The notes under the pieces were generated by a model, which saw nothing but the letters and a program-made list of their open reading frames with translations, did no database searches and was not told where the DNA came from. A program made the translations under genes and the position numbers. A DNA stretch of 64,000 bases from Candidatus Poribacteria bacterium (GTDB taxonomy: Bacteria > Poribacteria > WGA-4E > WGA-3G), in assembly GCA_965205025.1 (NCBI GenBank), contig CBDBFU010000002.1:192001-256000 (forward strand), given 5' to 3'. Of the stretch, positions 29,267 through 38,697 are shown piece by piece. Numbering within the stretch: the stretch's first letter is position 1; each line of letters opens with the position of its first letter.

Positions 29267-30812
29267 TCGAAGATGGTATTTCTTTACCATCTTACTTATC
29301 CTGTTCACTGGATCCCTCTTTGTTAAGAACGCATTTTTAGATTCAACCAATAATCCCCCGGGAATTGGAACTCAGGCATATAGACCTGCAGTAGGAACAC
29401 GGGGACTTGGGTTAAGTCGTACTTATATTAGCAATGTTGATGATGCAACAAGTCCGTTGTGGAATCCTGCTGGACTTGCTTCTCTCACAGCAGGGAATAT
29501 CATTTATGATTTCTCGCAAGGGTCATTTTCCTTTGCATATCCTATTAATCCGATTGGTACTTTCGGCATAAACATACTTGATCTTAATTATAATGATAGG
29601 TTCCTTGTAAACCATGCCTCCAACCCAATTGGCACATTTGAGATAGGTTACAATCAAGTGCTTTTTTCCTATGGTCGAAAAATGGGTCCAATAAAGTTAG
29701 GTACCAGTACAGGATATACACGTGCTCCATATAAAACCAGTCTCTGGGCACAGAATTATGATGTCGGTGCGCTCGTAAATTTATCACAACATTCGGTTAT
29801 AGGAATTCAATATCGTGATATTAACGGTGTGTCTATTCCTGATCAGAATGGGATCGTGTTAAGATCTTTTAATCCTCAGTTATCTATTGGAACAACAATC
29901 ATTCCTCATCCAGTTATTAGATGGCATACTTGCTATAATATAACATTACCCAGTCTGGGTACGAGTCTTGAGTTTGTTTCTGGGGCAATCTCAGCCAATG
30001 TTGGGTCGCTTTTCTCCTTTGACTCTCAATCTCCAATTCGATCATGGAGTCTTGGACTCTCTTTCAAACAATGGGGTAAAGAGGTGTATTATACCTATTT
30101 AAATGAAGACAACTTAAACTATAGACATCTGCTTTCCATTGGATTTACTTTTGGAGAAAAACAACAACAATCTGAAATAATTATCCCTGAAATTACTGCC
30201 CCAGATTCTACAAAAGAATCTAAAACAACTGAAAAGTCTGATGATAAAGCAAAACCTAATAACACCACAATCAAGGTATCACCTGAAAAACCCGATATTT
30301 CACAACCTATAATTGTTGAAATTAAACCAAATTCATCTGTAGAAAAGAGCATTCAGATTGCCAAAAAACATAATATTGAGATAGAGCTTATGTTGGCAAT
30401 TATATATGTCGAATCTAAATTTAACCCTGTTGCTGTATCAAAAACTGGGGCGGGTGGGTTAATGCAAATGATACCTGGAACTGCCAGAGAACTTGGTTTA
30501 AAAGTACCAAACTACTCAAACAAACTTAAACCTTCGCTTGATGGAACTATAGATGAACGGTTTGATTCCGTGAAGAATCTTGAGGCAGGCTTAATATATT
30601 TCAATCAACTCCGTCAGAAATACCTTAACGACTTGACCTTAGCACTTGGGGCGTACAATGTCGGACCTGGTAAAGTGAAAGTAGGAGGATCTCTTATCAG
30701 CAGAGGTAGAATCTATGTCAATAAGGTGTTAAAACGTAAGAATCTATATCAATCCAATAAAACATTGTTAAATACTGACCTAAATCGATTGGAAGCATTA
30801 CTCATAAAATAA
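29232..30812 (+). CDS. PorV/UPF0164-like beta-barrel fused to a lytic transglycosylase (SLT) domain
   Basis: RGLGL...DDATSPLWNPAGLA barrel signature; C-terminal AIIYVESKFNP.AVS..GAGGLMQMIPGTA...ALGAYNVGPG. Start uncertain (GTG 29232). Confidence 0.75.
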   Translation: MKIRLATLNSSDRRWYFFTILLILFTGSLFVKNAFLDSTNNPPGIGTQAYRPAVGTRGLGLSRTYISNVDDATSPLWNPAGLASLTAGNIIYDFSQGSFSFAYPINPIGTFGINILDLNYNDRFLVNHASNPIGTFEIGYNQVLFSYGRKMGPIKLGTSTGYTRAPYKTSLWAQNYDVGALVNLSQHSVIGIQYRDINGVSIPDQNGIVLRSFNPQLSIGTTIIPHPVIRWHTCYNITLPSLGTSLEFVSGAISANVGSLFSFDSQSPIRSWSLGLSFKQWGKEVYYTYLNEDNLNYRHLLSIGFTFGEKQQQSEIIIPEITAPDSTKESKTTEKSDDKAKPNNTTIKVSPEKPDISQPIIVEIKPNSSVEKSIQIAKKHNIEIELMLAIIYVESKFNPVAVSKTGAGGLMQMIPGTARELGLKVPNYSNKLKPSLDGTIDERFDSVKNLEAGLIYFNQLRQKYLNDLTLALGAYNVGPGKVKVGGSLISRGRIYVNKVLKRKNLYQSNKTLLNTDLNRLEALLIK

Positions 30813-31284
30813 CGTGAGTTTGATAAATCAGATATTTTGTTCGAATCAACGGTATGAATGCCATATGGCATTCCCCGGTGCTTGGGATATTGGTGATAAC
30901 TACTTTTATAGACATTCCGTCCCTACGGGACTCATTTAGTTAATTGCTCCTTTTTCTATAGACATTCCGTCCCTACGGGACTCAAACCAAAAAGTCATAG
31001 TTTAAAATTGACGCTAATAGTGCGGTTGGGAAACCGCACCTACCGGTCAGGGATATAACATTTTTTCTCTTAAATTGACGCCTATAAATCAATTGACGCT
31101 AATAGTGCGGTTGGGAAACCGCACCTACCGGTCAGGGATATAACATTTTTTCTCTTAAATTGACGCCTATAAATCAACGGTATGAATGCCATAAGGCATT
31201 CCCCAGGAAACCGCACCTACCGTGTCTATAGGAGTGATATTTTTGGATAAATGAAACTTATTTGTCTATTATCAAACTCACGTT
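30811..31284. mobile_element. MITE family E carrying hairpin cargo
   Basis: Perfect 16-bp TIRs AACGTGAGTTTGATAA/TTATCAAACTCACGTT, flanked by AAAAT. Contains C, F x2 and an 85-bp tandem duplication (31006-31175). Confidence 0.85.
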
Positions 31285-31300
31285 AAAATAGGAATAAAAT

Positions 31301-32563
31301 ATGGATACAATTCGGTTAGCAATAGTTGGATGTGGTGGTATGGGACATCGGCACATGTACGGATTGGCAGAACTACATCGTGTTGGATGGGAAAAGTTTA
31401 CCCTTGTAGGTGCTTGTGATCCTGTTCTTGACAATGCTGAATCCCTTGCTACAAAAGCTGAAGAACGTTTTGGGAATAAACCTGCTGTTGTCAGCAACCT
31501 TGATGAACTCGCTGCTATTGGGGTCGATGCGGTTGATGTAACAACAACACCTCCATATCACCATACTATAGCGGTTGAGACATTACAACGCGGATGGCAT
31601 ACCATGGTTGAAAAACCTATGGGCCTCACTGTGCGTGCCTGTAACTTAATCCGTTCTGCTGTAGAAAATTCAAGTGCTGTCCTAAGTGTGGCAGAGAACT
31701 ATCGACGGGATCCTATTAACCGACTTGCCAAAGCACTACTGGATGCAGAAGTCATCGGTAAGCCGCGTTTTCTTATTCACCACGCAATCGGTGGTTCAAA
31801 CCGAATGCTTATCTCTGTATGGCGACATCAGAAAGATCAAAGCGGTGTTCTATTGGATGTTGGTGTTCATTATGCGGATATGATTGAGTATCTACTGGGT
31901 GAAGTTGAAACCGTCTATGCACAAACCCGACTTCATGAACCTATCCGCCACAATCCTGCTGCAGTATCGGGTGAATCAGGGTCGAATCCTGCAGGTGTCT
32001 ATACAGAATGGCAACGGAAAATGCCCGCTGAATTTGAAGCCACAGCAGAAGATGCAACGTATGCAACACTGACCTTCAAAAATGGGGCTGTTGGACAATA
32101 TATAGAAGATCATGGAGCATGGGGACAAGGTAGTTGGATGAGAAAAATACACGGTTCTCAAGGTTCAATGGCTCTTCCAGGCGACAGGAGTGGTGGTGTC
32201 ATATCATTACAAATTGATGGTCAAGGCACGGTAACCGAAGATGCTTTATTAGAATTGGTCCCTGATTTTCATCTTGATGCTGTCACAACCGATCTGTTCG
32301 ATGGCAACCGTCTGTGGCGATATAACTTTCCTTTTCCTGATACTGACGCAAAGATCATTGCAATCGAATATGGAGATTTTGCTGAAGCAATTGCTGGTAA
32401 TCGTCCTATTGAAGTGGACGCATACCAAGGCACTCGTTCCGTAGCAATCTCATACGCTATGCTTGAATCCGGTGTATCTGGAGAAATCGTTCATCTTGAT
32501 AAGATGATTGATGAATCCATAAATACCTACCAACAAGATATAGATGCTGGATTGGGAATTTAA
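31301..32563 (+). CDS. Gfo/Idh/MocA family oxidoreductase
   Basis: VGCGGMG, VEKPMG, VAENYRRDP, LLDVGVHYAD. Confidence 0.9.
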   Translation: MDTIRLAIVGCGGMGHRHMYGLAELHRVGWEKFTLVGACDPVLDNAESLATKAEERFGNKPAVVSNLDELAAIGVDAVDVTTTPPYHHTIAVETLQRGWHTMVEKPMGLTVRACNLIRSAVENSSAVLSVAENYRRDPINRLAKALLDAEVIGKPRFLIHHAIGGSNRMLISVWRHQKDQSGVLLDVGVHYADMIEYLLGEVETVYAQTRLHEPIRHNPAAVSGESGSNPAGVYTEWQRKMPAEFEATAEDATYATLTFKNGAVGQYIEDHGAWGQGSWMRKIHGSQGSMALPGDRSGGVISLQIDGQGTVTEDALLELVPDFHLDAVTTDLFDGNRLWRYNFPFPDTDAKIIAIEYGDFAEAIAGNRPIEVDAYQGTRSVAISYAMLESGVSGEIVHLDKMIDESINTYQQDIDAGLGI

Positions 32564-32583
32564 GCAGCTATATTACAAACTTA

Positions 32584-32825
32584 TACCATTTCTAAAAATG
32601 TTTATCCCATCAACATTTGTTATACATGGCTTGAAATACTGCACAAACTAAATGAAGATTAATTTTTAAATTCGGCAATTTTGAAGAAAGGTCCAGTGCG
32701 GTTAGGAAACCGCACCTACCGGGTTTGGGAAAATTAGAATTACCGAAATATTTTCTTAATCTTCATACAGTTTGTGCTACATTAAAGAGATTCTATTAAT
32801 GAGACTTTAATTACCAGAAATGGTA
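32584..32825. mobile_element. MITE family A carrying nested element B (32652-32766)
   Basis: TACCATTTCT/AGAAATGGTA with TTA on both flanks; ATGAAGATTAA/TTAATCTTCAT element in the hairpin loop. Confidence 0.85.
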
Positions 32826-32848
32826 TTACACTGCTCATTACATATCAC

Positions 32849-33910
32849 ATGACAGACTTAAGAGACCCAGGTATCGGACTCATTGGCTTGGGGATAGGAC
32901 AAACACACCTACTCGGATATGAACGTAAGGGTTTACGTGTTGAAGCAATTTGTGATAAAGATGAAGAACGCCTACACCATGCAGGTGATAGGTTTGACAT
33001 CCACAAACGTTATACCCGTATTGCTGATCTAATTGCAGATAATGACGTTGATATCCTGGACCTGGCAGTCCATCCTTGGATTCGTTCTCCGATTGTTAAT
33101 GCTGCAGCACAAACAGGAAAGCATATTTTCTGTCAAAAACCGTTTTCAATGACAATGCCACAGGCTGTTGAGATGGTAGAAATATGTGAGAAGAACAAAG
33201 TACAACTCATGGTAAACCAAAATTCCTGTTTTGTACCAGGATTTCTTGCTATTGAACCCTATATTAACACCGAACATCTTGGTGAAATTTACCATATTTC
33301 TATTACCTGCAACGGCTTCTTCACGACCTACCCCGGCAAGCATATCATCCCTGTAATGCAGGTACACCACATCAGTCTCGTCCAAAAATGGTTCGGTGAT
33401 TATGAAAGCGTTTACTGCCAAGCACATGGACACGACCGTTCCATTGAAGAGGGAGAGACCATTTCTGTAGCACTCTTCAAATCAAAAAGCGGTGTAAAAG
33501 GATTACTCTCATGTAATTGGGCATTTCTCGCAAATACCGGGCACAACCTTCAACATCCTCACGAGGAAATTCGGATTCAAGGCACAAAAGGTGCTATTTA
33601 TGGAAATAGTGCTGATATGACCGTTCATCTCACAGATCCAGAACAACGAGAAATCAAACCTGAGATTGATGGGACATGGTTCCCAGACGCATTCGGGAAC
33701 GCAATGGTCCACTTTATTGAATGTTTACAAGCAGGTGAAAAGCCAAGTACCGATGGACGTAGTAATTTACACATCATCCAAACTGTTTTCGCTATGCACC
33801 AATCCGCTTTGTCAGATAAGGTTATTTTGGTTGATGATATTTCCTTGGATGGTAATTACGATATAAGTCCATACCCCGTCCTTGCATCCGATGACACAAG
33901 TATATTATAA
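32849..33910 (+). CDS. Gfo/Idh/MocA family oxidoreductase
   Basis: IGLGIG, AICD, FCQKPF, MVNQN. Confidence 0.88.
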   Translation: MTDLRDPGIGLIGLGIGQTHLLGYERKGLRVEAICDKDEERLHHAGDRFDIHKRYTRIADLIADNDVDILDLAVHPWIRSPIVNAAAQTGKHIFCQKPFSMTMPQAVEMVEICEKNKVQLMVNQNSCFVPGFLAIEPYINTEHLGEIYHISITCNGFFTTYPGKHIIPVMQVHHISLVQKWFGDYESVYCQAHGHDRSIEEGETISVALFKSKSGVKGLLSCNWAFLANTGHNLQHPHEEIRIQGTKGAIYGNSADMTVHLTDPEQREIKPEIDGTWFPDAFGNAMVHFIECLQAGEKPSTDGRSNLHIIQTVFAMHQSALSDKVILVDDISLDGNYDISPYPVLASDDTSIL

Positions 33911-34070
33911 CGTGATTTTGATAAAACACATTGTGAAGCTAACTATTATATAAGACAAGAGTGCACAAACTTGATGAAGATTAAAATAATAATTCGGTAA
34001 TGTGTTTAGAAATTCGGTTCGGTTAGGAAACCGAACCTACCGGGTTTAGGAAAATGAGAATTAAGGAATT
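33909..34070. mobile_element. Degenerate/truncated E element with nested B element
   Basis: AACGTGATTTTGATAA...GTGCACAAACT-TG-ATGAAGATTAA...GTTCGGTTAGGAAACCGAACCTAC; right ends not recognisable. Confidence 0.6.
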
Positions 34071-34206
34071 TAAAAGATCTGCAATAAAGTATTGATTAGT
34101 AAATGCAGATAGGTCAAAAGGCAAAGCCGTTACCTAATTACAGGTTTGACCTTACCTTTGCTAATCAAATTCTCATATTGTTTTTGGGTAGGAAAGAGAA
34201 AAGAAA

Positions 34207-34280
<74 letters not shown>

Positions 34281-34294
34281 GCATGATGTTGATA

Positions 34295-34380
34295 TGGTCG
34301 AGGAGGGACTTGAACCCTCACGCCTGTTTAGGGGCGATGGATTTTAAGTCCATTGTGTCTACCGATTCCACCACTCGACC
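34295..34380 (-). tRNA. tRNA-Leu (TAA)
   Basis: GGTCGAGTGGTGGAATCGGTAGACACAATGGACTTAAAATCCAT, long variable arm, GAGGGTTCAAGTCCCTC. Confidence 0.95.
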
Positions 34381-34395
34381 AAAAGAACGATATAT

Positions 34396-34424
34396 AGTAT
34401 ACACCCTATCTTAGATATTGTCAA
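34396..34424 (-). promoter_or_regulatory. sigma70 promoter of tRNA-Leu/tRNA-fMet
   Basis: Minus strand TTGACA-N17-TATACT. Confidence 0.8.
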
Positions 34425-34576
34425 CTTTTTTGTTGACATTAAATCATAATAACACACTATGACGTGTGCTATACACCTTACTGCTAAGCAGAGGATCCGA
34501 ATATGCCAAGGAAAGCACCTTGCACTCGTGTTCACGATACCAAAACGGGGCAGTTTCTTCGCAAAGGAAAGGATAT

Positions 34577-37500
34577 ATGTTTTATCGAGAAAAAATAAAT
34601 CAAATTGTTCGTCTAAACATCTTCCGCGCAATGTATATATGCATAATCTTGTTCAGTGCAACTGTTATCGGTGATAATCATGATGATTATCCAAGCCATA
34701 CAGAAGAAACTTTAGACTTCCATGTCCAAAGACCGCCAGAGGCTATATGGTATCATAGTTCGTGGTCACCGTCAAGAGATATTGCCGCGGATGTAGAACA
34801 TACGCATCCAGCACAAACACATTCGCATAAAAATTGGTGGGGAGATGAAGATGAAAATGGCGAGCCTACCGAAACTTTTCCTGAACATACGCATGCAGCT
34901 TATACCCATGGTCCACATAAAAAGACACACTATCGTCCGGGTGCATCAGGACATACACCCCATAATTCGGATGATTTACATTCCCATGACTATATAATAG
35001 ATTATGAAAAGACCCTCTCTCATGTGCATCCCAGTGATACTTCCCACATGGGAGGTAGAGCACATTCGCACCCGGGTTGGTGGCACACGCATGGTGATGG
35101 TGAAGAATTGCATGAGGATCATGAGGCTGACAGGGAACATACACATCCCCCAACAAGTATCCTAGGACCAATAAGGACAAGTGGTCATGCTTTGCCTTAT
35201 CGTAGTTATATAGGGTATAATGGCTACACTCATACACACCCTGATCCAGCATTCGAAGCACACAAAACAGAAAAACCGCCGCATACTGACCATACGAGTT
35301 ATGTAGTACATTCGCATAATGCGGTAACACACACGCATGACGATTTCTCTGGACATACACATGTGGAACACTCCCATTCACATGCTGACGACATCGCTAA
35401 GTTAGAGAACCATAAAACAGAACGCCTGTCACATACAGCACACACGAGTTTTGTACAACATACACATGCCGGACAGACACACTCACATGATGATTACCCA
35501 TCACATACACACAATGGGATAACACACACCCATCAGGCAGAGATAAACGAACTAAATCAGCATAAACAAACACCTGTCCCACATAGCAATCATAAGAGTT
35601 TCGTTGAGCATACACACAACGCACAAACACACTCACATGATGATTACCCATCACATACACACAATGGAATAACACACACGCATCAGGAAGAGATTAACGA
35701 ACTAAATCAGCATAAACAAACACCTGTCCCACATAGCAATCATAAGAGTTTTGTTGAGCATACGCACAATACACAAACACACTCGCATGACAGTTACCCT
35801 TCGCATACACATGCCGGAATAACACATACGCATCTACCAGAGATAAATGAGTTGGAGGCGCACCGTCAGCAGCGTCTTCCGCATAGTGAGCATACAGCGC
35901 CGGGTGAACACGAACATACGGCACAGCCACACCAACATGATGAATATCCATCGCATACACATGCCGGCTATACCCATACACACCCTACATCGCCAGAAGT
36001 GGTAGACGTTGAGGAATTAAATCAGCATGCGAATATACCTGTTGTGCATAGTGACCATAAGAGTTTTGTAGAACATACACACGATGGACAAACACACTCG
36101 CATGATGAGTATCCTTCACATACACATGCCGGAATAACACACACGCATAAGGCAGAGATTGACGAATTAAATCAGCATAAACAAACACCCGTCTCACATA
36201 GCGATCATAAGAGTTTTGTTGAGCATACACATGACGGACAGACACACTCACATGACGATTACCCATCGCATACACACAATGGGATAACACATACGCATCT
36301 AACAGAGATTGGCGAACTAAATCAGCACAAACAAACATCTGTTGTGCATAGTGACCATAAGAGTTTTGTTGAGCATACACATGACGGACAGACACATTCG
36401 CATGATGAGTATCCTTCACATACACATGCCGGAATAACACACACGCATCTGACAGAGATAAATGAGTTGGGGGCACACCGTCAGCAGCGTCTTCCCCATG
36501 TTGAGCATGCAGCGACAGGTGAACACGAACATACGGCACAGCCACACCAACATGATGCATATCCATCGCATACGCATGCCAGTTATACCCATACACACCC
36601 TATACAACCAGATGACACCGATACAGGTGAACAGAACACAGACACGCAAATCCCTCAGACAGGGGAGGACAATGGGCAACAACCAGAGTCTGAAGCAAAT
36701 TCTGAACCTGAACCAAATTATACTATAATTCCTTTTAATTATAAAAGGCAAGGTGTGGGTAAAGTTGTTTTTAGTGAACTTATGTTAGCACATCTTGATA
36801 AATATCCACAATGGATAGAACTCTATAATCCTACGGATCAAGACATTGATATGAATGGATGGAAAATTGTCGGTAGATATTTGGATGATTTAAATGCAGT
36901 AAACCTATTAGAATCTCAGATTATTTCAAGATCGTTTTCAGTGAAAGGTAAAGAAACAGGTTTAATAGTCAGTTTTGCAACGCCAAATTCCAGGGACAGA
37001 ATTTCCAGAGGTTTAGCAGATAAAGCTTACGCTTTAGGATCGAACAACAAGAATCTCTGGAATTATGAAGGACTCGTATTAGAATTGCAAGATGCTGAAG
37101 GGAATCCCATAGATCGCATTGGTAATCTGAACGAAGAAGACGAAATCTATTGGGAAATACCTTCGGTTGTTCGGGAGAAAAGAATATCTTTGATAAGAAG
37201 GCTTAAATCTATTCGGTCACAAGAATACAATTTTTCTTTCGGTGTGAAAGAATTCGGATGGTTTCCCGCTGAGAAAGTTGAACATTTGATTGAAAAAAGG
37301 ACTCAGTATTATTACGGTAGTTATACTGATATAGGTGCACCGGGTTATAGAACAGAAGATGGAGAAGTTTTACCTGTTACGCTCTCTTCGTTTAAGGCTC
37401 AGCGAAATAATAACAACCAGATTGTTCTCAGTTGGGTTACCGAGTCAGAATTAGATAATGCGGGATTCAATATCCTACGAAGCCAATCTAGGCAAGGTCC

Positions 37501-37732
37501 GTTTGTAAAGGTAAACCCGAATCTCATCCAAGGTGCAGGCACCACAGGTGAACGTAGTTCTTATACGTGGACTGATACAACCGCAAAATCGTATATTGAC
37601 TACTATTACCGTATAGAAGATGTGTCTTATGCCGGTGGGCATCAAACGCTTACGACAATGCGCTTGCGCGGATTGGTTTCTGCTAAAGGTAAACTGATAA
37701 ACCAGTGGGCATCTTTCAAAAAGGGGCAGTGA
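34577..37732 (+). CDS. Secreted histidine-rich tandem-repeat protein with lamin-tail domain and C-terminal LPVTLSSF domain
   Basis: RBS AAGGA before ATG 34577; hydrophobic signal segment; nine 50-aa His repeats; VVFSELM...QWIELYNPT..DIDMNGW (LTD); LPVTLSSF...W.TESELDNAGFNILRS...GKLINQWASFK. Confidence 0.85.
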   Translation: MFYREKINQIVRLNIFRAMYICIILFSATVIGDNHDDYPSHTEETLDFHVQRPPEAIWYHSSWSPSRDIAADVEHTHPAQTHSHKNWWGDEDENGEPTETFPEHTHAAYTHGPHKKTHYRPGASGHTPHNSDDLHSHDYIIDYEKTLSHVHPSDTSHMGGRAHSHPGWWHTHGDGEELHEDHEADREHTHPPTSILGPIRTSGHALPYRSYIGYNGYTHTHPDPAFEAHKTEKPPHTDHTSYVVHSHNAVTHTHDDFSGHTHVEHSHSHADDIAKLENHKTERLSHTAHTSFVQHTHAGQTHSHDDYPSHTHNGITHTHQAEINELNQHKQTPVPHSNHKSFVEHTHNAQTHSHDDYPSHTHNGITHTHQEEINELNQHKQTPVPHSNHKSFVEHTHNTQTHSHDSYPSHTHAGITHTHLPEINELEAHRQQRLPHSEHTAPGEHEHTAQPHQHDEYPSHTHAGYTHTHPTSPEVVDVEELNQHANIPVVHSDHKSFVEHTHDGQTHSHDEYPSHTHAGITHTHKAEIDELNQHKQTPVSHSDHKSFVEHTHDGQTHSHDDYPSHTHNGITHTHLTEIGELNQHKQTSVVHSDHKSFVEHTHDGQTHSHDEYPSHTHAGITHTHLTEINELGAHRQQRLPHVEHAATGEHEHTAQPHQHDAYPSHTHASYTHTHPIQPDDTDTGEQNTDTQIPQTGEDNGQQPESEANSEPEPNYTIIPFNYKRQGVGKVVFSELMLAHLDKYPQWIELYNPTDQDIDMNGWKIVGRYLDDLNAVNLLESQIISRSFSVKGKETGLIVSFATPNSRDRISRGLADKAYALGSNNKNLWNYEGLVLELQDAEGNPIDRIGNLNEEDEIYWEIPSVVREKRISLIRRLKSIRSQEYNFSFGVKEFGWFPAEKVEHLIEKRTQYYYGSYTDIGAPGYRTEDGEVLPVTLSSFKAQRNNNNQIVLSWVTESELDNAGFNILRSQSRQGPFVKVNPNLIQGAGTTGERSSYTWTDTTAKSYIDYYYRIEDVSYAGGHQTLTTMRLRGLVSAKGKLINQWASFKKGQ
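35249..36600 (+). repeat. Coding tandem repeat, 150-bp unit x9
   Basis: For example ACACTCACATGATGATTACCCATCACATACACACAATGG recurs at 150-bp spacing (~35479, ~35629). Confidence 0.92.
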
Positions 37733-37887
37733 CAGGATACGACCATATAATCTCTCTTAACTGAAGCACTCAACGACCTATCGGAGTAATTAAATCCATT
37801 TATGCCAAAAACTTTACACACCCCATCCTCATATTTCACTTGACTTTTTTCTCAAATTGACTAATATGCACAATAAAAAAGGAGTTT

Positions 37888-38685
37888 ATGGGACTACTCG
37901 GAACCCATTTTGTAGCAATGGAAAACATCAAACTTGCATCAGGTCATGAAATACCAATATTAGGCTTAGGAACATGGCAGCTCAAAGGTAAACAGTGTGA
38001 AAAAATAACTAAAGCTGCAATCGAAATGGGATATACCCATATTGATACGGCGTGGATGTATGAAAATCAACAAGAAATTGGAAATGCGCTACGTGAGATT
38101 CGTGTAGACCGTGAAGAACTCTTCATTACGACTAAGATTTGGCATACCCACCTCAAACATGATGAGGTATTATCCCAGTTTGATGTATGTATAAAAGATC
38201 TACAGATGGATTATGTTGATATGTTGCTGATCCATTGGCCAAGTGAGACTGTACCGTTTGAGGAGACATTTGCTGCTTTCCAAGAAATCTATGAGGCAGG
38301 AAAATTAAGAAGCATAGGTATAAGCAATTTTAGTATTGAGCAGGTTGATAAGGCTTGTGAGGTATCCGATCTTCCAATTTGTACGAATCAGGTTGAGTAT
38401 CACGTCCGCAATAACAAAGAGGACTTACGGAAACATTGTGATGAACGCAACATTCCTATAACTGCCCACAGACCACTTGCAGTAGGAAATCTCGCTGGAG
38501 ATGAAGAATTATCAGAAATTGGCAATAACCACGGAAAAACTGCTGCACAAGTAGCGCTGCGATGGTTGATACAAAAAGGTATTATCACAATTCCAAAATC
38601 GGGATCGGAACCACATTTACGTGAGAATTTAGAGATCTTTGATTGGCAGTTAACAGCAGCAGAAATGCAAACTCTCGAACAGTAG
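37888..38685 (+). CDS. Aldo/keto reductase
   Basis: GLGTWQ, IDTAWMYEN, ITTKIW, LIHWP, IGISNF, IPKS. Confidence 0.95.
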   Translation: MGLLGTHFVAMENIKLASGHEIPILGLGTWQLKGKQCEKITKAAIEMGYTHIDTAWMYENQQEIGNALREIRVDREELFITTKIWHTHLKHDEVLSQFDVCIKDLQMDYVDMLLIHWPSETVPFEETFAAFQEIYEAGKLRSIGISNFSIEQVDKACEVSDLPICTNQVEYHVRNNKEDLRKHCDERNIPITAHRPLAVGNLAGDEELSEIGNNHGKTAAQVALRWLIQKGIITIPKSGSEPHLRENLEIFDWQLTAAEMQTLEQ

Positions 38686-38697
38686 CAAACATACAAT

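Noticed and set aside
30896-31220. Possible mini-CRISPR from repeated hairpins
   Set aside because: The repeats belong to dispersed REP/MITE families and the 85-bp units are exact tandem duplicates.
34110-34160. Possible riboswitch or ncRNA (AGGTCAAA...TTTGACCT, GGCAAAG)
   Set aside because: No recognisable riboswitch consensus; it may simply be structure downstream of the tRNA operon.
34866-36751. Minus-strand Val/Cys/Met-rich ORFs
   Set aside because: Shadow frames of the CAY-rich His-repeat gene.
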